From Sedimentisphaeraceae bacterium JB056 (lineage in GTDB: Bacteria > Planctomycetota > Phycisphaerae > Sedimentisphaerales > Sedimentisphaeraceae), in contig JBITAJ010000025.1 in NCBI GenBank assembly GCA_044440125.1, positions 1 through 64,000 of the forward strand: a stretch of 64,000 nt of DNA, written 5' to 3'. The notes below the pieces were generated by a model. It did no database searches. It had not been told where the DNA came from and worked only from the letters and a program-made list of their open reading frames with translations. Each line of letters begins with the position of its first letter. Position 1 is the first letter of the stretch. A program made the position numbers and the translations under genes. This document shows positions 1 through 11,000 of this stretch, one piece after another.

Positions 1-1
1 C

Positions 2-1150
2 ATCGTCTTTGACGGCGCGATCGAGTATCTTGAGAAACATAAGAACTCTGATCAGCCTTTCTTTATGTACGTTGCCAGTGCCATGCCGCATACATGGGTC
101 GATTACCAGATACCGCCCGAAGACGTGGAGAAGTTCAAAAACAATCCCGAGATAAACGATTTCGATGCCGAGGTATACGCCATGATCGAAAGGCTCGACA
201 ATAACCTCGGGCGTCTGCTCAAAAAGGTAGACAGTCTCGGCCTTGCTGACGACACTATCGTTATCTACACTTCCGACAACGGGCCGCAGTTTGCACCGAC
301 TTCATCACGCTGGAACATGAACCTTCGCGGCTCCAAGGGTACGACTTATGAAGGCGGCATCAAGCTTCCATGTTTTATACGCTGGCCCAATGTACTTCCG
401 GCAGACAAAGATATAAAGCAGGTAGGTGCGTGTATCGATTTTATGCCTACGGTTCTTGATATGTGCGGCATAGATACCGAGTTGCCCGAGAAAATAGACG
501 GAATAAGTCTGTGGCCGTATATCAACGGTACAAAGACAGACAAAAAGCCAAGAACTTTCTGTGGCCAGTTCCACAGGGGCGATGTGCCGTGCGTTTGGCC
601 CAACTCATACATCCGCGAAGGCGACTACAAACTCGTCAATGGCTGCGAACTTTATAATCTCTCTGATGACCCGTACGAAAAAAATGATCTCTCAAGGCAG
701 ATGCCGGATAAGTTTTACAAACTGCGGGATAAATACGAGAAATGGTTTAAGGATGTTACCGCCGAGGTGGTCGATTTCGGCGAGTTCCAGATCAATCCTA
801 TAATCGTCGGCAGCGATAAGCAGCAGCTTACCAACCTGCGGTACAGCAACGAAAACCCCAAGTACGGCTGGCCGATGGTGGTTGTTGACAAAGGGCCCTA
901 CAGGATAACCGTCAACCATATGCAGAACGATTTGTTTGATGATACATCCGTGTTCGAGCTGAGCATCGGCGAGAGGGTTCTGAGCAAAAAGATACTGCCA
1001 AATGACGGCAAGCTTGTATTCGACAACGTAACGATAGTTCCCGGCAAATACGATTTCAAAGCTGCGATAAGCGGAACGTATCGTAACAGAAAGTATCGTT
1101 ACAGTCCTGATGTCGGGCATCGCAATATTTATATACAGAAAATTGATTGA
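2..1150 (+). CDS. Arylsulfatase (S1 family), 5'-truncated by window edge
   Basis: Frame is open from base 2 (IVFDGAIEYLEKHKNSDQPFFMY...). C-terminal sulfatase motifs are present: PFFMY...PH, YTSDNG, LRGSKGTTYEGGIKLP..IRWP, DFMPT, DGISL, ELYNLSDDPYEKNDL. Confidence 0.9.
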   Translation: MVFDGAIEYLEKHKNSDQPFFMYVASAMPHTWVDYQIPPEDVEKFKNNPEINDFDAEVYAMIERLDNNLGRLLKKVDSLGLADDTIVIYTSDNGPQFAPTSSRWNMNLRGSKGTTYEGGIKLPCFIRWPNVLPADKDIKQVGACIDFMPTVLDMCGIDTELPEKIDGISLWPYINGTKTDKKPRTFCGQFHRGDVPCVWPNSYIREGDYKLVNGCELYNLSDDPYEKNDLSRQMPDKFYKLRDKYEKWFKDVTAEVVDFGEFQINPIIVGSDKQQLTNLRYSNENPKYGWPMVVVDKGPYRITVNHMQNDLFDDTSVFELSIGERVLSKKILPNDGKLVFDNVTIVPGKYDFKAAISGTYRNRKYRYSPDVGHRNIYIQKID

Positions 1151-1157
1151 GTTTATA

Positions 1158-2762
1158 ATGAGTTACAGTAATAAACTAAGCAGGCGAAACTTTCTTAAAT
1201 ACAGCATGACGGCTGCCGGGGCTTTGACCGCTTACGGCTGCTCCCCCGCCTATCAGGTGAAAGCGTCCAGGAGGAAAAAGCCTAACGTAGTAATAATATA
1301 TACAGACGATCAAAACTTTGAACATATCGGCTGTTACGGCAATAAAGTTCTTACACCGTATCAGGATCAGCTTGCCGCGGACGGTGTGCTGTTTACTCGC
1401 GGATATACTGCTTCGAGTATATGTACACCAAGCCGTTTCAGTTGTCTCACAGGCAAATATCCGAGCAGATGCCGGCATCCTGAATATATAGACAAATATC
1501 AGGCGGGCAGTCAAACGGCTGTAGGATTCGATACTCATTTATATGAGAAGTCCCCAAGCCTTGCTTCCGTTATGCAAGATAATGGCTACAAAACCGGTAT
1601 GGTTGGTAAGTGGCATCTGGGCGCATGGTATTTTTCCGAGAAATTGAGACATCCTGATGAAAGCTATACCAAAGATCCCTGGATTTCTGCAGAACATCAG
1701 TACGATCCTTGCGACCCTGAAGTCGTAAAAGAGCTTGAAAAGATGCAGGATGTTTGGAGCCGTGATATTCAGCGGTTTGGATTTGACAGTGCCGAAAGGA
1801 TATACTTCAGCGTATCGCAAAGTTTCAGAAATCATAAGCTTAATTCGCACAATCTCGAATGGACGGTTGAGGGAGCCTTGGATTTTATTGAGGATAATAA
1901 AGAGGATGATTTCTTCCTTTATTTTGCGCCAACTCTTCATCACGACCCGCAACCTCAAAAATCGCTTCTCGGTATTGACCCAAAGCTGACTCCGGCAGGC
2001 TGTCTTGACGAATTGCCTCAGGCTGATATGCCGTCAAGAGAAAATATATACAATAAAGTTGTTGATCAAGGTTATGATCCACAAACAGCTTATTGCACCT
2101 GGCTTGATGATGGCATTGGTGCCGTTATGAATAAGCTTAAGAGAGAAGGGCTTTATGAAGATACGATGATAATACTTTGCAGTGATAATCAGCTTATCGA
2201 TAAGGTGTCTCTTTATGAGGGCGGGGTGAAGGTGCCGTTGATGATTTCATGGCCGGGCCGCATAAAGGGTGGACAGGTTTGCGATCAGTTGGTGCAGAAT
2301 ATTGATTTCGTTCCCACTATATTGAGTGCGTGCGGAATTGAGAAGCCATCAAATATGCATCTTGACGGCAAAGATATTCTTCCTATGCTTGCCGATGAGC
2401 GGAAGTGCGTACACGATGACTTGTTCTTTGAGATAGGTTGGACCAGGGCAATATGCACCGATAAATATAAATATATTGCGCTTCGTTATCCGGATAATAT
2501 TCAGAAGGAAATAGACGAAGGAAAACATTATTACCATTTTACTCCTCTGGAGTTTTATCAGATAGGTATCATGTTGCGTCATCCGGATTATTTTGATTCA
2601 GATCAGCTTTATGATATCAAAGCTGATCCTGGAGAGACTAATAACCTCGCCGCTAAAGAAGAGTATGAGGATATACTCAAAGACTGCAAAAAAAGGCTTG
2701 CCCTTTATCTTGATACTTTTGAGATGCATCCATTTGGCGAATTTAATAATAAAAAAATATAA
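1158..2762 (+). CDS. Sulfatase (S1, Cys-type), Tat signal peptide
   Basis: SRRNFLK twin-arginine signal, KPNVVIIYTDDQ, CTPSR..LTGKY catalytic signature, GKWHLG. Start moved from 1110 to ATG 1158, just after the upstream stop. Confidence 0.93.
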   Translation: MSYSNKLSRRNFLKYSMTAAGALTAYGCSPAYQVKASRRKKPNVVIIYTDDQNFEHIGCYGNKVLTPYQDQLAADGVLFTRGYTASSICTPSRFSCLTGKYPSRCRHPEYIDKYQAGSQTAVGFDTHLYEKSPSLASVMQDNGYKTGMVGKWHLGAWYFSEKLRHPDESYTKDPWISAEHQYDPCDPEVVKELEKMQDVWSRDIQRFGFDSAERIYFSVSQSFRNHKLNSHNLEWTVEGALDFIEDNKEDDFFLYFAPTLHHDPQPQKSLLGIDPKLTPAGCLDELPQADMPSRENIYNKVVDQGYDPQTAYCTWLDDGIGAVMNKLKREGLYEDTMIILCSDNQLIDKVSLYEGGVKVPLMISWPGRIKGGQVCDQLVQNIDFVPTILSACGIEKPSNMHLDGKDILPMLADERKCVHDDLFFEIGWTRAICTDKYKYIALRYPDNIQKEIDEGKHYYHFTPLEFYQIGIMLRHPDYFDSDQLYDIKADPGETNNLAAKEEYEDILKDCKKRLALYLDTFEMHPFGEFNNKKI

Positions 2763-2777
2763 TACAACGAGATAATA

Positions 2778-4811
2778 ATGAGCTTGAGTAAAGATATGAG
2801 ATTTAGACAGATTCATCTTGATTTTCATACATCTGAACATATCAAAGGTATAGGAAGTGAGTTCGATAAAAAAGAATTTCAGCAGACACTTCTTAACGCA
2901 AAAGTTAATTCGATCACATGTTTTTCATCATGCCATCATGGCTGGAGCTATCATCCGACAAAAATTGGCAAGATGCATCCTAATTTGAGTTTTGATCTTC
3001 TTGGTGAGCAGATTCAGGCTTGTAAGGAAGTTGATATAAACGTACCTGTTTATCTGACTGCCGGAGTTAATAATCTGGCCGCGGAGCAGCACCCCCAATG
3101 GCGTGAGATAGGGCACAATGGAGAGTATCTTGGTTGGACTCCAAGCGTATTGGTGCCGGGTTTCAAAAATTTATGCTTTAACTCACCATATTTGAATTAT
3201 CTTTGTGATCAGATTAATGAAACACTGCAAAGATATCCGCAATGTGATGGTATTTTTCTTGATATAATTGTTCAAAATCAGTGTTGCTGCAAGTATTGCA
3301 TGGAATTGATGGATAAGGAAGGTCTTGACGCTTCTATTGAAGCTGACAGAGTGAAGTGCTCCGATATGGCCATGATGCGATATTATAAAATGACAACAAA
3401 GACAGTCAAAGATTTTGACCCCAATATGCCCATATTCCATAACAGTGGGCATATCCATAAGGATAAGCCTGAGATTCTTGAATATTTCAGCCATCTTGAA
3501 ATGGAGTCACTGCCTACAGGCGGCTGGGGCTATGACCATTTCCCAATGTCGGTAAAATATTCAATGAATGGAGAGCATCAGTACCTGGGAATGACCGGTA
3601 AATTCAATACTACATGGGGTGAGTTTGGAGGTTTTAAACATCCAAATGCATTGCTTTATGAAACTTCTGCAATGCTCGCATTCAACTCTCGCTGCTCTGT
3701 AGGTGATCAGCTTCACCCATCAGGCAGGCTTGATGTTTCTACTTATGATATGATAGGTAAGGCATATAGCGAAGTTGCTAAAAAGGAACCATGGTGTGTT
3801 AATGCTAAGAATGTTGCTGATATTGGATTGGTAAATCAGGAAGCAGTTAATAAGTTACGCCTGACTCCTGAGGATGATTCTGCAGCTGACACGGGAGCTG
3901 CAAGAATACTTCTCGAAGGGCATTATCTATTTGATACTATTGATGATGTAATGGATATTGACCGGTATAAATTGTTGATATTACCTGACGATATTAAAGT
4001 CAGTCCTGAGTTTAAGAAAAAACTTGATAACTATATTAGTCAGGGCGGTAAGGTTTTGTTAACAGGTTCCAGTGGCTTTGATGAATCAAATTTGCCTTTG
4101 TTTGATATAGGCGCAGACTGTTTCGGGAAAAGTGATTTCTGCCCTGATTATATTGAGATGAATCCTGCTGTATGTCCTGATTTTATCAGTACTCCGTTGG
4201 TTATGTATATGACGAGTAATCGTATAAAAACAACTGTAGGGAAATCTCTTGGCAAAATCTTTGAGCCGTATTTCAACAGGGAAGCGAGGCATTTCAGCAG
4301 TCATCAGCATACTCCTTACAAGACCGAAGAATCTGGTTTTGATTGCGGTGTAATAAACGGGAATTTATTATATTTGGCTCATCCGGTATTTAGTATCTAC
4401 AGGTGGTATGGTGGAGTGGCTTACAAGGAGTATATTTGTAACTGCATTGATTTGCTTCTTGATGAGGATAAAACACTTGAAACCAATTTGCCTTCTACTG
4501 CAAGAATTTCTTTCATGAATCAGCAAGATCAGAGTAGATTTATACTTCATCTTCTGTACGCTGAAAAAATAACAAGAGGCGGCAATATAGATTTTCTAAG
4601 CAGTAATATCAAAGCTTCTTCTCAAATCGAAATTATAGAACATCTTTTGCCTTTGTCTGATATTAAGATTAAGCTTACGCATGAAAGACCGATTAAAAAG
4701 GCTTTACTCCAGCCGCAGGGTAAGGAATTGGAAGTCACCAAAGAAGATGGTGCCGTAAAATTTAATATAGATTCTTTTACCTGCCATGCAATGATAGAAT
4801 TACAGTATTAG
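2778..4811 (+). CDS. GH151-like (GHL6 / beta-galactosidase trimerisation domain) putative alpha-L-fucosidase
   Basis: N-terminal FRQIHLDFHTSE, CHHGWSYHPTK, DGIFLD, HLEMESLPTGGWGYDHFP, GMTGKFNTTWGEFGGFK and GDQLHPSG, all typical of this family. No signal peptide. Confidence 0.75.
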   Translation: MSLSKDMRFRQIHLDFHTSEHIKGIGSEFDKKEFQQTLLNAKVNSITCFSSCHHGWSYHPTKIGKMHPNLSFDLLGEQIQACKEVDINVPVYLTAGVNNLAAEQHPQWREIGHNGEYLGWTPSVLVPGFKNLCFNSPYLNYLCDQINETLQRYPQCDGIFLDIIVQNQCCCKYCMELMDKEGLDASIEADRVKCSDMAMMRYYKMTTKTVKDFDPNMPIFHNSGHIHKDKPEILEYFSHLEMESLPTGGWGYDHFPMSVKYSMNGEHQYLGMTGKFNTTWGEFGGFKHPNALLYETSAMLAFNSRCSVGDQLHPSGRLDVSTYDMIGKAYSEVAKKEPWCVNAKNVADIGLVNQEAVNKLRLTPEDDSAADTGAARILLEGHYLFDTIDDVMDIDRYKLLILPDDIKVSPEFKKKLDNYISQGGKVLLTGSSGFDESNLPLFDIGADCFGKSDFCPDYIEMNPAVCPDFISTPLVMYMTSNRIKTTVGKSLGKIFEPYFNREARHFSSHQHTPYKTEESGFDCGVINGNLLYLAHPVFSIYRWYGGVAYKEYICNCIDLLLDEDKTLETNLPSTARISFMNQQDQSRFILHLLYAEKITRGGNIDFLSSNIKASSQIEIIEHLLPLSDIKIKLTHERPIKKALLQPQGKELEVTKEDGAVKFNIDSFTCHAMIELQY

Positions 4812-4873
4812 TTGAATTGACCGGTATGCTCCATAAACCTGTGATTTATGCAAACTATCCTGTCTTTCATTAA

Positions 4874-4902
4874 TTGACTCAAATATTTGAAGACAGTAAG
4901 AT
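4874..4902 (+). promoter_or_regulatory. Sigma70-like promoter upstream of the 887-aa gene
   Basis: TTGACT-N17-TAAGAT in an AT-rich intergenic region. Confidence 0.55.
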
Positions 4903-5059
4903 ATAAGCGATTTAGTGCTTAATGTAAGGATGCTTGTGCTTAGCTTACAGCTTTGTTTTTTACAGATCAATGTCTCAATATAAATTATTGAAGACCCGGC
5001 AATGATTTTGGGTCTTGATGAATATGTTCTGAAACATAAATATATTTGTAGAAACTTAA

Positions 5060-7723
5060 ATGAAAGGGAATGCTATGGTATGTGTTGGAAGATGTAACAG
5101 GTTGGTAATTGTTGTCATGATTTGTTTTGCTGGATTGTTTTTTGCCCGGCAAATACACGCCGCTACATTTACCGAAGTTGACGGTAAAGTTGTTATGGAA
5201 GCTGAGGATTTTACCACTCGATCAAGTGGTATGGGGACAGACGGTTATGAGAAAAACTGGTATGGGGCTACCGGATATGCCGGTTACAGTGGTGCAAGAT
5301 ATATGCAGGCTGTTCCTAATTATAACACCGGATGTACCGGCGATAAGCCTTGCATGAATTATCAGGTGTCTTTTACCAATACCGGTGATTATGTAATAAT
5401 GGTGCGTATGTACGGACCTACCGCGAGCGATGATTCTATTCTTATCGGGGTTGATGATACAGTTTTAACTACCGGAGGTCTTGGCGTATATAGCGGTGCT
5501 GATTGGGCATGGAAATATAAAGCCGATGTAAGTTCGGCTTTTACTGTTTCTTCTCCCGGAACCAAAACTATCAACATCTGGATGCGTGAGGACGGCGTTT
5601 GTGTAGATAAGATTATAATCATAAAAGATCTTCCCGATGAGTACCTCGAAACCTACGACCCCGATATCGCAATGTGGGGTTCGCCTGATTCGCATCTCAC
5701 CCGTACTACATGCCGTTTTTTGCTTGCAGCCGGTTTGGATAATCTTCTGGATGATGTGAGGGTTGAAGATGCGCTTACCACATTAAAGAATTGCCAGAGC
5801 ACCCGTTTCAAGTGGACTTACGAGGAATCTGCTCCTACTGATTATAACGCGGATTTCTTTGTTCTGTTGAACCTTATACCTTTTTATCTTGAGTTCTCGA
5901 GCGAGTTGACAACTGCGGAAAATAATCTTATATCCGATATGTTAACCAGCGCCGAGAGTTATATGCGTTCAAGGATAACTAATTTTGATGAGACAGATTA
6001 CCGTTATCCCAATGCAGCCATAGGTGAGTTGGTGGTAACTTATCTTCTTAGCGAGATAATGGGTTCAAGTATGACGATGCCGCAAAGTCAGCTTCGCAGT
6101 GCCTTTGCTTATTACCAGGATGATGAATGGGGATGGGGAGAACACATGAGCGATACCTATGCCAAGGTGATACAGGATGAACTCAGCTTGCTGATCCTTT
6201 TTTCTACTTCATTGCCAACTGATATTGCAGATGATGCCAAGCTGCTTCTGCGTGAATTGGTTGCAATTGATAAACGTTTCAGTGAGGGAGTGAGAGTGCC
6301 TGCGATTCGCAGCTACGCCCTGACAACATCTCCCAAAACTCCTTCAAGTACAAATTTTGAACATCAGCAGTTTAGTGAAACGGTGGAGCCTTTTGCCTCG
6401 GGTGTTGATCATACCAAACAGTATGCCCTGAGGGAGCTTTGGTACAATTATAATTGGCATTCGATGGTAGGTACGGTTTCCGCCGTTGCTAACGAGATCG
6501 CATGTTATGATGGCGTTCATGCCCTGAACAGTAAATACGGCGACTTGCGGATCGGAGTATTAACAAAATACCAGCTTATGGACAATATTGATTACCAGGG
6601 TTGGGGGCTTATGTGGCAGTCGATGCCTGCCGCTTTCTGGAACGAGGCCGGCGACTGGGGATTTCTTCAGTGGGAAGTTAAAGAGGGGGCTAACTATCTT
6701 GCTCTCCCGGCAAATAACAGGTATACTCAATCTTCTAAGGTTCTTACTACCGGTACTTCTTCAAGTCCGCTGCCGATTACGAGGGGTGTGGCGATAGATA
6801 ACGGCTACATTGCAGTAAGGACTATGCCTTCTACGCTCAGCAGTTGGGACACGGTAGAGGACAGGGTTAGAATTCTGGACGGCACTTCAACTATTACCGA
6901 GCCGACGGGAGGAAACGGATGGGATTGCCTGAAGCTTGACTGGGGCACCGATGAATTATATATTGATTACTTGCCCTTGCAAAGCGGCTCTACCGGAGTT
7001 TCGACCACCTCGGGAAATCGGTATGACTGGGGTTTCAGGTATAATATGTCGATTAGTGAAATGGCCTCGATCTGGATGCTCCGCTGGGATAATACGCAGG
7101 GATTGCCAAAATCATACACCAAGCAGGATGCCTGGACCCTTTACTGGGATGACGGCACGCACTTAAGCGTACAGCCATATTATAATGCGGCATCACGGAC
7201 CAATGAACGTGTATTCCAGGTTTCTTCGGATCAGGTATGTATGGAAGCGGAAAACGGACGTTTTGCCGGCAGGATGGATCATAAAAGCTGGTGGCTTTTG
7301 AAAGAGAATGCTTCAGCTTCCGGCGGTCGTTATCTGACAATTGGTTCTTCTGCGGTAACGCCGTTTACGGTGGTCAGCTCGGATTACGGAAAAGTTACAT
7401 TCTACTTTGACCTAACCACAAGTCAGAATTACAGCTTTCTTGCCCGGCTTAATGCTCCAAGCGGCGAAGATGATTCTTTCTTTTACCGTATTGATAACGG
7501 TTCGTGGATAACATGCAATAATTATGGAACCGGAGCATCATACTGGAAATGGAAGAAATACGGCAGCGATTTCTACCTGGGTGCCGGATTGCATTATCTG
7601 ACAATATATTATCGCGAAGATGGTACTAATCTTGATAAGTTTCTCATCCAGAAATCTACTATGACAGATTTGACAGGAAGTACTTCGACAGGCCCAACTG
7701 AGAGCATCTGGCAAAACAACTAA
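5060..7723 (+). CDS. Secreted protein with N- and C-terminal CBM-like beta-sandwich modules and a central domain of unknown function
   Basis: Signal peptide ending QIHA. Two related modules: MEAEDF..DDSILIGVD..MREDGVCVDKIII and MEAENG..DDSFFYRID..YREDGTNLDKFLI. The central region looks helical and is unassigned. Confidence 0.7.
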   Translation: MKGNAMVCVGRCNRLVIVVMICFAGLFFARQIHAATFTEVDGKVVMEAEDFTTRSSGMGTDGYEKNWYGATGYAGYSGARYMQAVPNYNTGCTGDKPCMNYQVSFTNTGDYVIMVRMYGPTASDDSILIGVDDTVLTTGGLGVYSGADWAWKYKADVSSAFTVSSPGTKTINIWMREDGVCVDKIIIIKDLPDEYLETYDPDIAMWGSPDSHLTRTTCRFLLAAGLDNLLDDVRVEDALTTLKNCQSTRFKWTYEESAPTDYNADFFVLLNLIPFYLEFSSELTTAENNLISDMLTSAESYMRSRITNFDETDYRYPNAAIGELVVTYLLSEIMGSSMTMPQSQLRSAFAYYQDDEWGWGEHMSDTYAKVIQDELSLLILFSTSLPTDIADDAKLLLRELVAIDKRFSEGVRVPAIRSYALTTSPKTPSSTNFEHQQFSETVEPFASGVDHTKQYALRELWYNYNWHSMVGTVSAVANEIACYDGVHALNSKYGDLRIGVLTKYQLMDNIDYQGWGLMWQSMPAAFWNEAGDWGFLQWEVKEGANYLALPANNRYTQSSKVLTTGTSSSPLPITRGVAIDNGYIAVRTMPSTLSSWDTVEDRVRILDGTSTITEPTGGNGWDCLKLDWGTDELYIDYLPLQSGSTGVSTTSGNRYDWGFRYNMSISEMASIWMLRWDNTQGLPKSYTKQDAWTLYWDDGTHLSVQPYYNAASRTNERVFQVSSDQVCMEAENGRFAGRMDHKSWWLLKENASASGGRYLTIGSSAVTPFTVVSSDYGKVTFYFDLTTSQNYSFLARLNAPSGEDDSFFYRIDNGSWITCNNYGTGASYWKWKKYGSDFYLGAGLHYLTIYYREDGTNLDKFLIQKSTMTDLTGSTSTGPTESIWQNN

Positions 7724-8035
7724 ATTTATTAACAAAGATAATTTATGCTTAATGCCCTCAAAATGCCCTCAGATTTGAGGCAAAGATGGTAAAAAATCGT
7801 GTGAGTATAGTAAAGAAACAAGAGAGCTTAAATATTTATCATATGAGCCAAGTAGTAAGATTTTCAAGCTTACTTCTCATAGCTTGTATACGATTAGACA
7901 GATACACGAAAGATTTCTTTTCAACAAGTACACAAGAAGTTCTATAAAGAATTTGCGGTATATTTATATTGATGAATTTTGTCTTGCCAAGCATCAAAGC
8001 TTTATAACTATAGTCATAAACCAATATGTTTTATA

Positions 8036-8071
8036 GAGTGGGATTCCGGTTTCAAAGTTAGAATCCCACTC
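8036..8071. terminator. Stem-loop just downstream of the minus-strand 1,882-aa gene
   Basis: Perfect 11-bp inverted repeat GAGTGGGATTC / GAATCCCACTC, 13 nt beyond the stop codon, between convergent genes. No strong U-tract. Confidence 0.5.
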
Positions 8072-8084
8072 CAAGATATAATGT

Positions 8085-11000
8085 TTAGTTTGTGTAGACA
8101 GGATATATCTCACTGCCGTTTTCTACCCAATCGAAGGTTGTAGGGCTGGTTATTTCAACCTCATTTGCCAAAGAATTATTACTACGTGTGAACTCAAAAT
8201 CATTATAATTGAGCGTTTGCGTGTTACCATTAATAATCATTGCAGTGCATCCCAGAGCAACTCCGGTGACATTAGCATTTGAGTCGGTAACAATTAGCAG
8301 GCTATCTGCCGTAGCAGTAACATCGCCTATAGTAATACTACCGGTAGTTTCACGAATACGATATTTGATTGTTGAGTTGTCATCCATCGTACAATCGAAT
8401 CCTGCATATCCACTGCCGGAAGCATCTGAAATCGAAGATATCCCATCGTCGGTGCCGGACATTGGCCTGATGAGAGTTACAATTAACTCATCACCGCTAC
8501 CACTAAAGTCAACATGCGTGTCAACTGCTGATGAATAACCGGAACCAACATGTTGCCAGCCGAATACATCGCCTCCACTATTATATCCTTCATACTTCGT
8601 GTAAGTCAAAGACTTGTCACTGAAGTTATAAAGAGATACGTTCGGCAAAGTAGCAGAATCGGTAACGATGGAGTCTGTACCGGCGGTACTAATATCGCTG
8701 TTAGCATAATCACTATCGAAGCACCATATTTGCGTATAGTCATGACTATTAGTTGCATCGAGTAAATCGCTTACAATATATAATCCATGCTTACGTAAAA
8801 ATGTAACTTCACGGTAATGGGTAACATCAGTAATTGAAGTTGAGCCATCACTTGTACCATAATATGAAGAAGCATCGTCTCCGAAAATACCTTCACAGAA
8901 ATCAAAGTCATCCGAATTATGCCACCTGTCTCCCGCTGTGGTAGTCCAGGCGGGAGTTTTTTCTCCACCCATACGCTGTGAGTAACCATCGACAATTATA
9001 GTGTTATGTCCAAACGATTCATGGAAATAATCATTCCGACTATCCGATACGTAAAGGCTGCCACCCGAATCAATAAGCATTGTCTTGCCGTAAGCAGTAA
9101 CTTGTATCTGGTTTCCACTCTCATCGAAATGCCCCTTGCCCATACGTGAACTCTTCATGAAGAGGTGATTGGAGTTTTCATCCCAGCCATCTCGCATAAT
9201 ATAAAAGCCTCCATACGGAAAAGCGATTGATGTGAAATTAGGTTCACTGCCTGAAGCACTACCCCAAGTATAGTCGTCAATCCGGCTTGCCAAAGTGTCA
9301 TTGAAATAATCCTGATAGTCCATAACAGAACTCCAGTCTCCATCACTATTGAGATCGAGTCCCGGCAGCATACCATTAGGTCTTACCATGCTAAGCAAGA
9401 AACGGAATCTATTAAGAATCGGCCCGGCATAATCATCTGCCAGATCACTATCCGTTATATAAGCACTTTCCAATAAGTCTACAATGGAAACACCCACATC
9501 CATAAAGGCAGTATTGTAATTGAATGACTGCTCCATATCGCTTCCATCAGGCATATAATATGTCGTGAGGTAATCGTTTGATTCGTACTCACCGGTATCG
9601 AACCAATCGGATGCGTCTGTGCAGTTATCCATAATAACTCCGGCCTCAAGCATACCAAAAGCAGAGCTGATAACCTGATTAGGCACACCTCCATGAATAA
9701 CATCGTCAAGTTTAGGTAAGTTTCTGCCTGCCATCATTGTGAGGATGATTGCCAGGTCTTCACCGGAAATAACTTGCTTGCATACCTCTACGTTCGCTTT
9801 AGATGCAGCTGATAGTTGCCTCATCAAGGCACGTGTTCGATCACCCATAACCAATCTATGAAGCCAGATATTGATGAATAATCCGCCATAATCTTCAGCA
9901 GCGGCGGTGCCGTAAATCGCATACCACTGGTCATAGTTGTTTAGCGAAAAATCAACCCAGTAATCGGTCCATTTTTCCAGATAAGCAGTATTGGCGTTAG
10001 GGCTTTCGGCGAATGATGTTATCAAAGGGTTAGCCCAGAACATATTAGAAAGGAAGTAAGTCCAATGCTCATAGGTTGGGTTAAGGAACCAATTAATCTC
10101 ACCTGGTGCTCCAATATTCTGGGTTTCATAACCGCCATTGAGGTCATATAGCTTAACTGTATTATCCATCAATTGTGCGGTTGTTGAGCTTGCTGATCCC
10201 ATCTGGTCTGTTACAATCGGCAATAGCTTGTCGAAGAAAATATCCCTGAATGTATCCAGAGCGGCCTCGTATTGTCCCTGGTTATATTGTGAACTAACTA
10301 CTGCCATCTCGCTTGTGGTAAGATCAACTAAATCGAAGAAGTCATCAGCAATAGTCTTCAAATCAGGCGTTATCGTTAAATTTGCGTTATGCCAGGTGGC
10401 TCCTCGGTAGTTGTATCTACACCCACGCAATCCTATGGCAATATATTCTCCGTATTCAAGTGAAATACTCAGCAAGTTCGGGTCAGCAACATCATAGATA
10501 CCTACTGCCCCATTTGTTGGTTCATCGTACCATAGAACTGTCTTAGTAGAGGTAGATGGTGTAGTTTCAAAATTAGAATCAAATTTTGCAATCTCCAGCC
10601 GTATGCCCTGATTGGAGCTGTCACCTGTGATGGTCTTCTCCCATGTAGTTGCACCGGTAATATTAAATTTCGCGGTACGCGGATATGGGTTTCTAAATGT
10701 TGCAACAATCCATGGCTGCTTGCCTAATGTTGCGTTGCTATTCCAATAAACATAGAATTTTGTAGCGTCAACACTCACATCAAAATCTGTGCCTTGAAGT
10801 GAATAATCATCTACTCCGGCGGTAAGTGATGCAAGATCGTCAGCTTGGTAAGCAGTGTTGTCAAAGCCGTTAGTCATAACCCAATATTGCCAACCGTTAT
10901 CGGTAGGGTCAAGTTCGGTTCCATGAGAACTACTTGAGTGTTGTGAAGTTGCCCAGTCATTATTTCTATTGAAATAACTCTCGCCTTGATCTGCCCAGCG

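Noticed and set aside
1110..1157. Upstream start extensions in the ORF track (also 13784, 14439, 15543, 16766, 19274, 33965, 37957, 62964)
   Set aside because: Downstream ATGs have better SD sequences, give proper signal peptides or domain starts, or avoid overlaps.
7839..8024. 61-aa minus-strand ORF between the convergent genes
   Set aside because: Non-ATG start, no SD, AT-rich and no recognisable motif. It cannot be supported as a gene or a mobile-element remnant.
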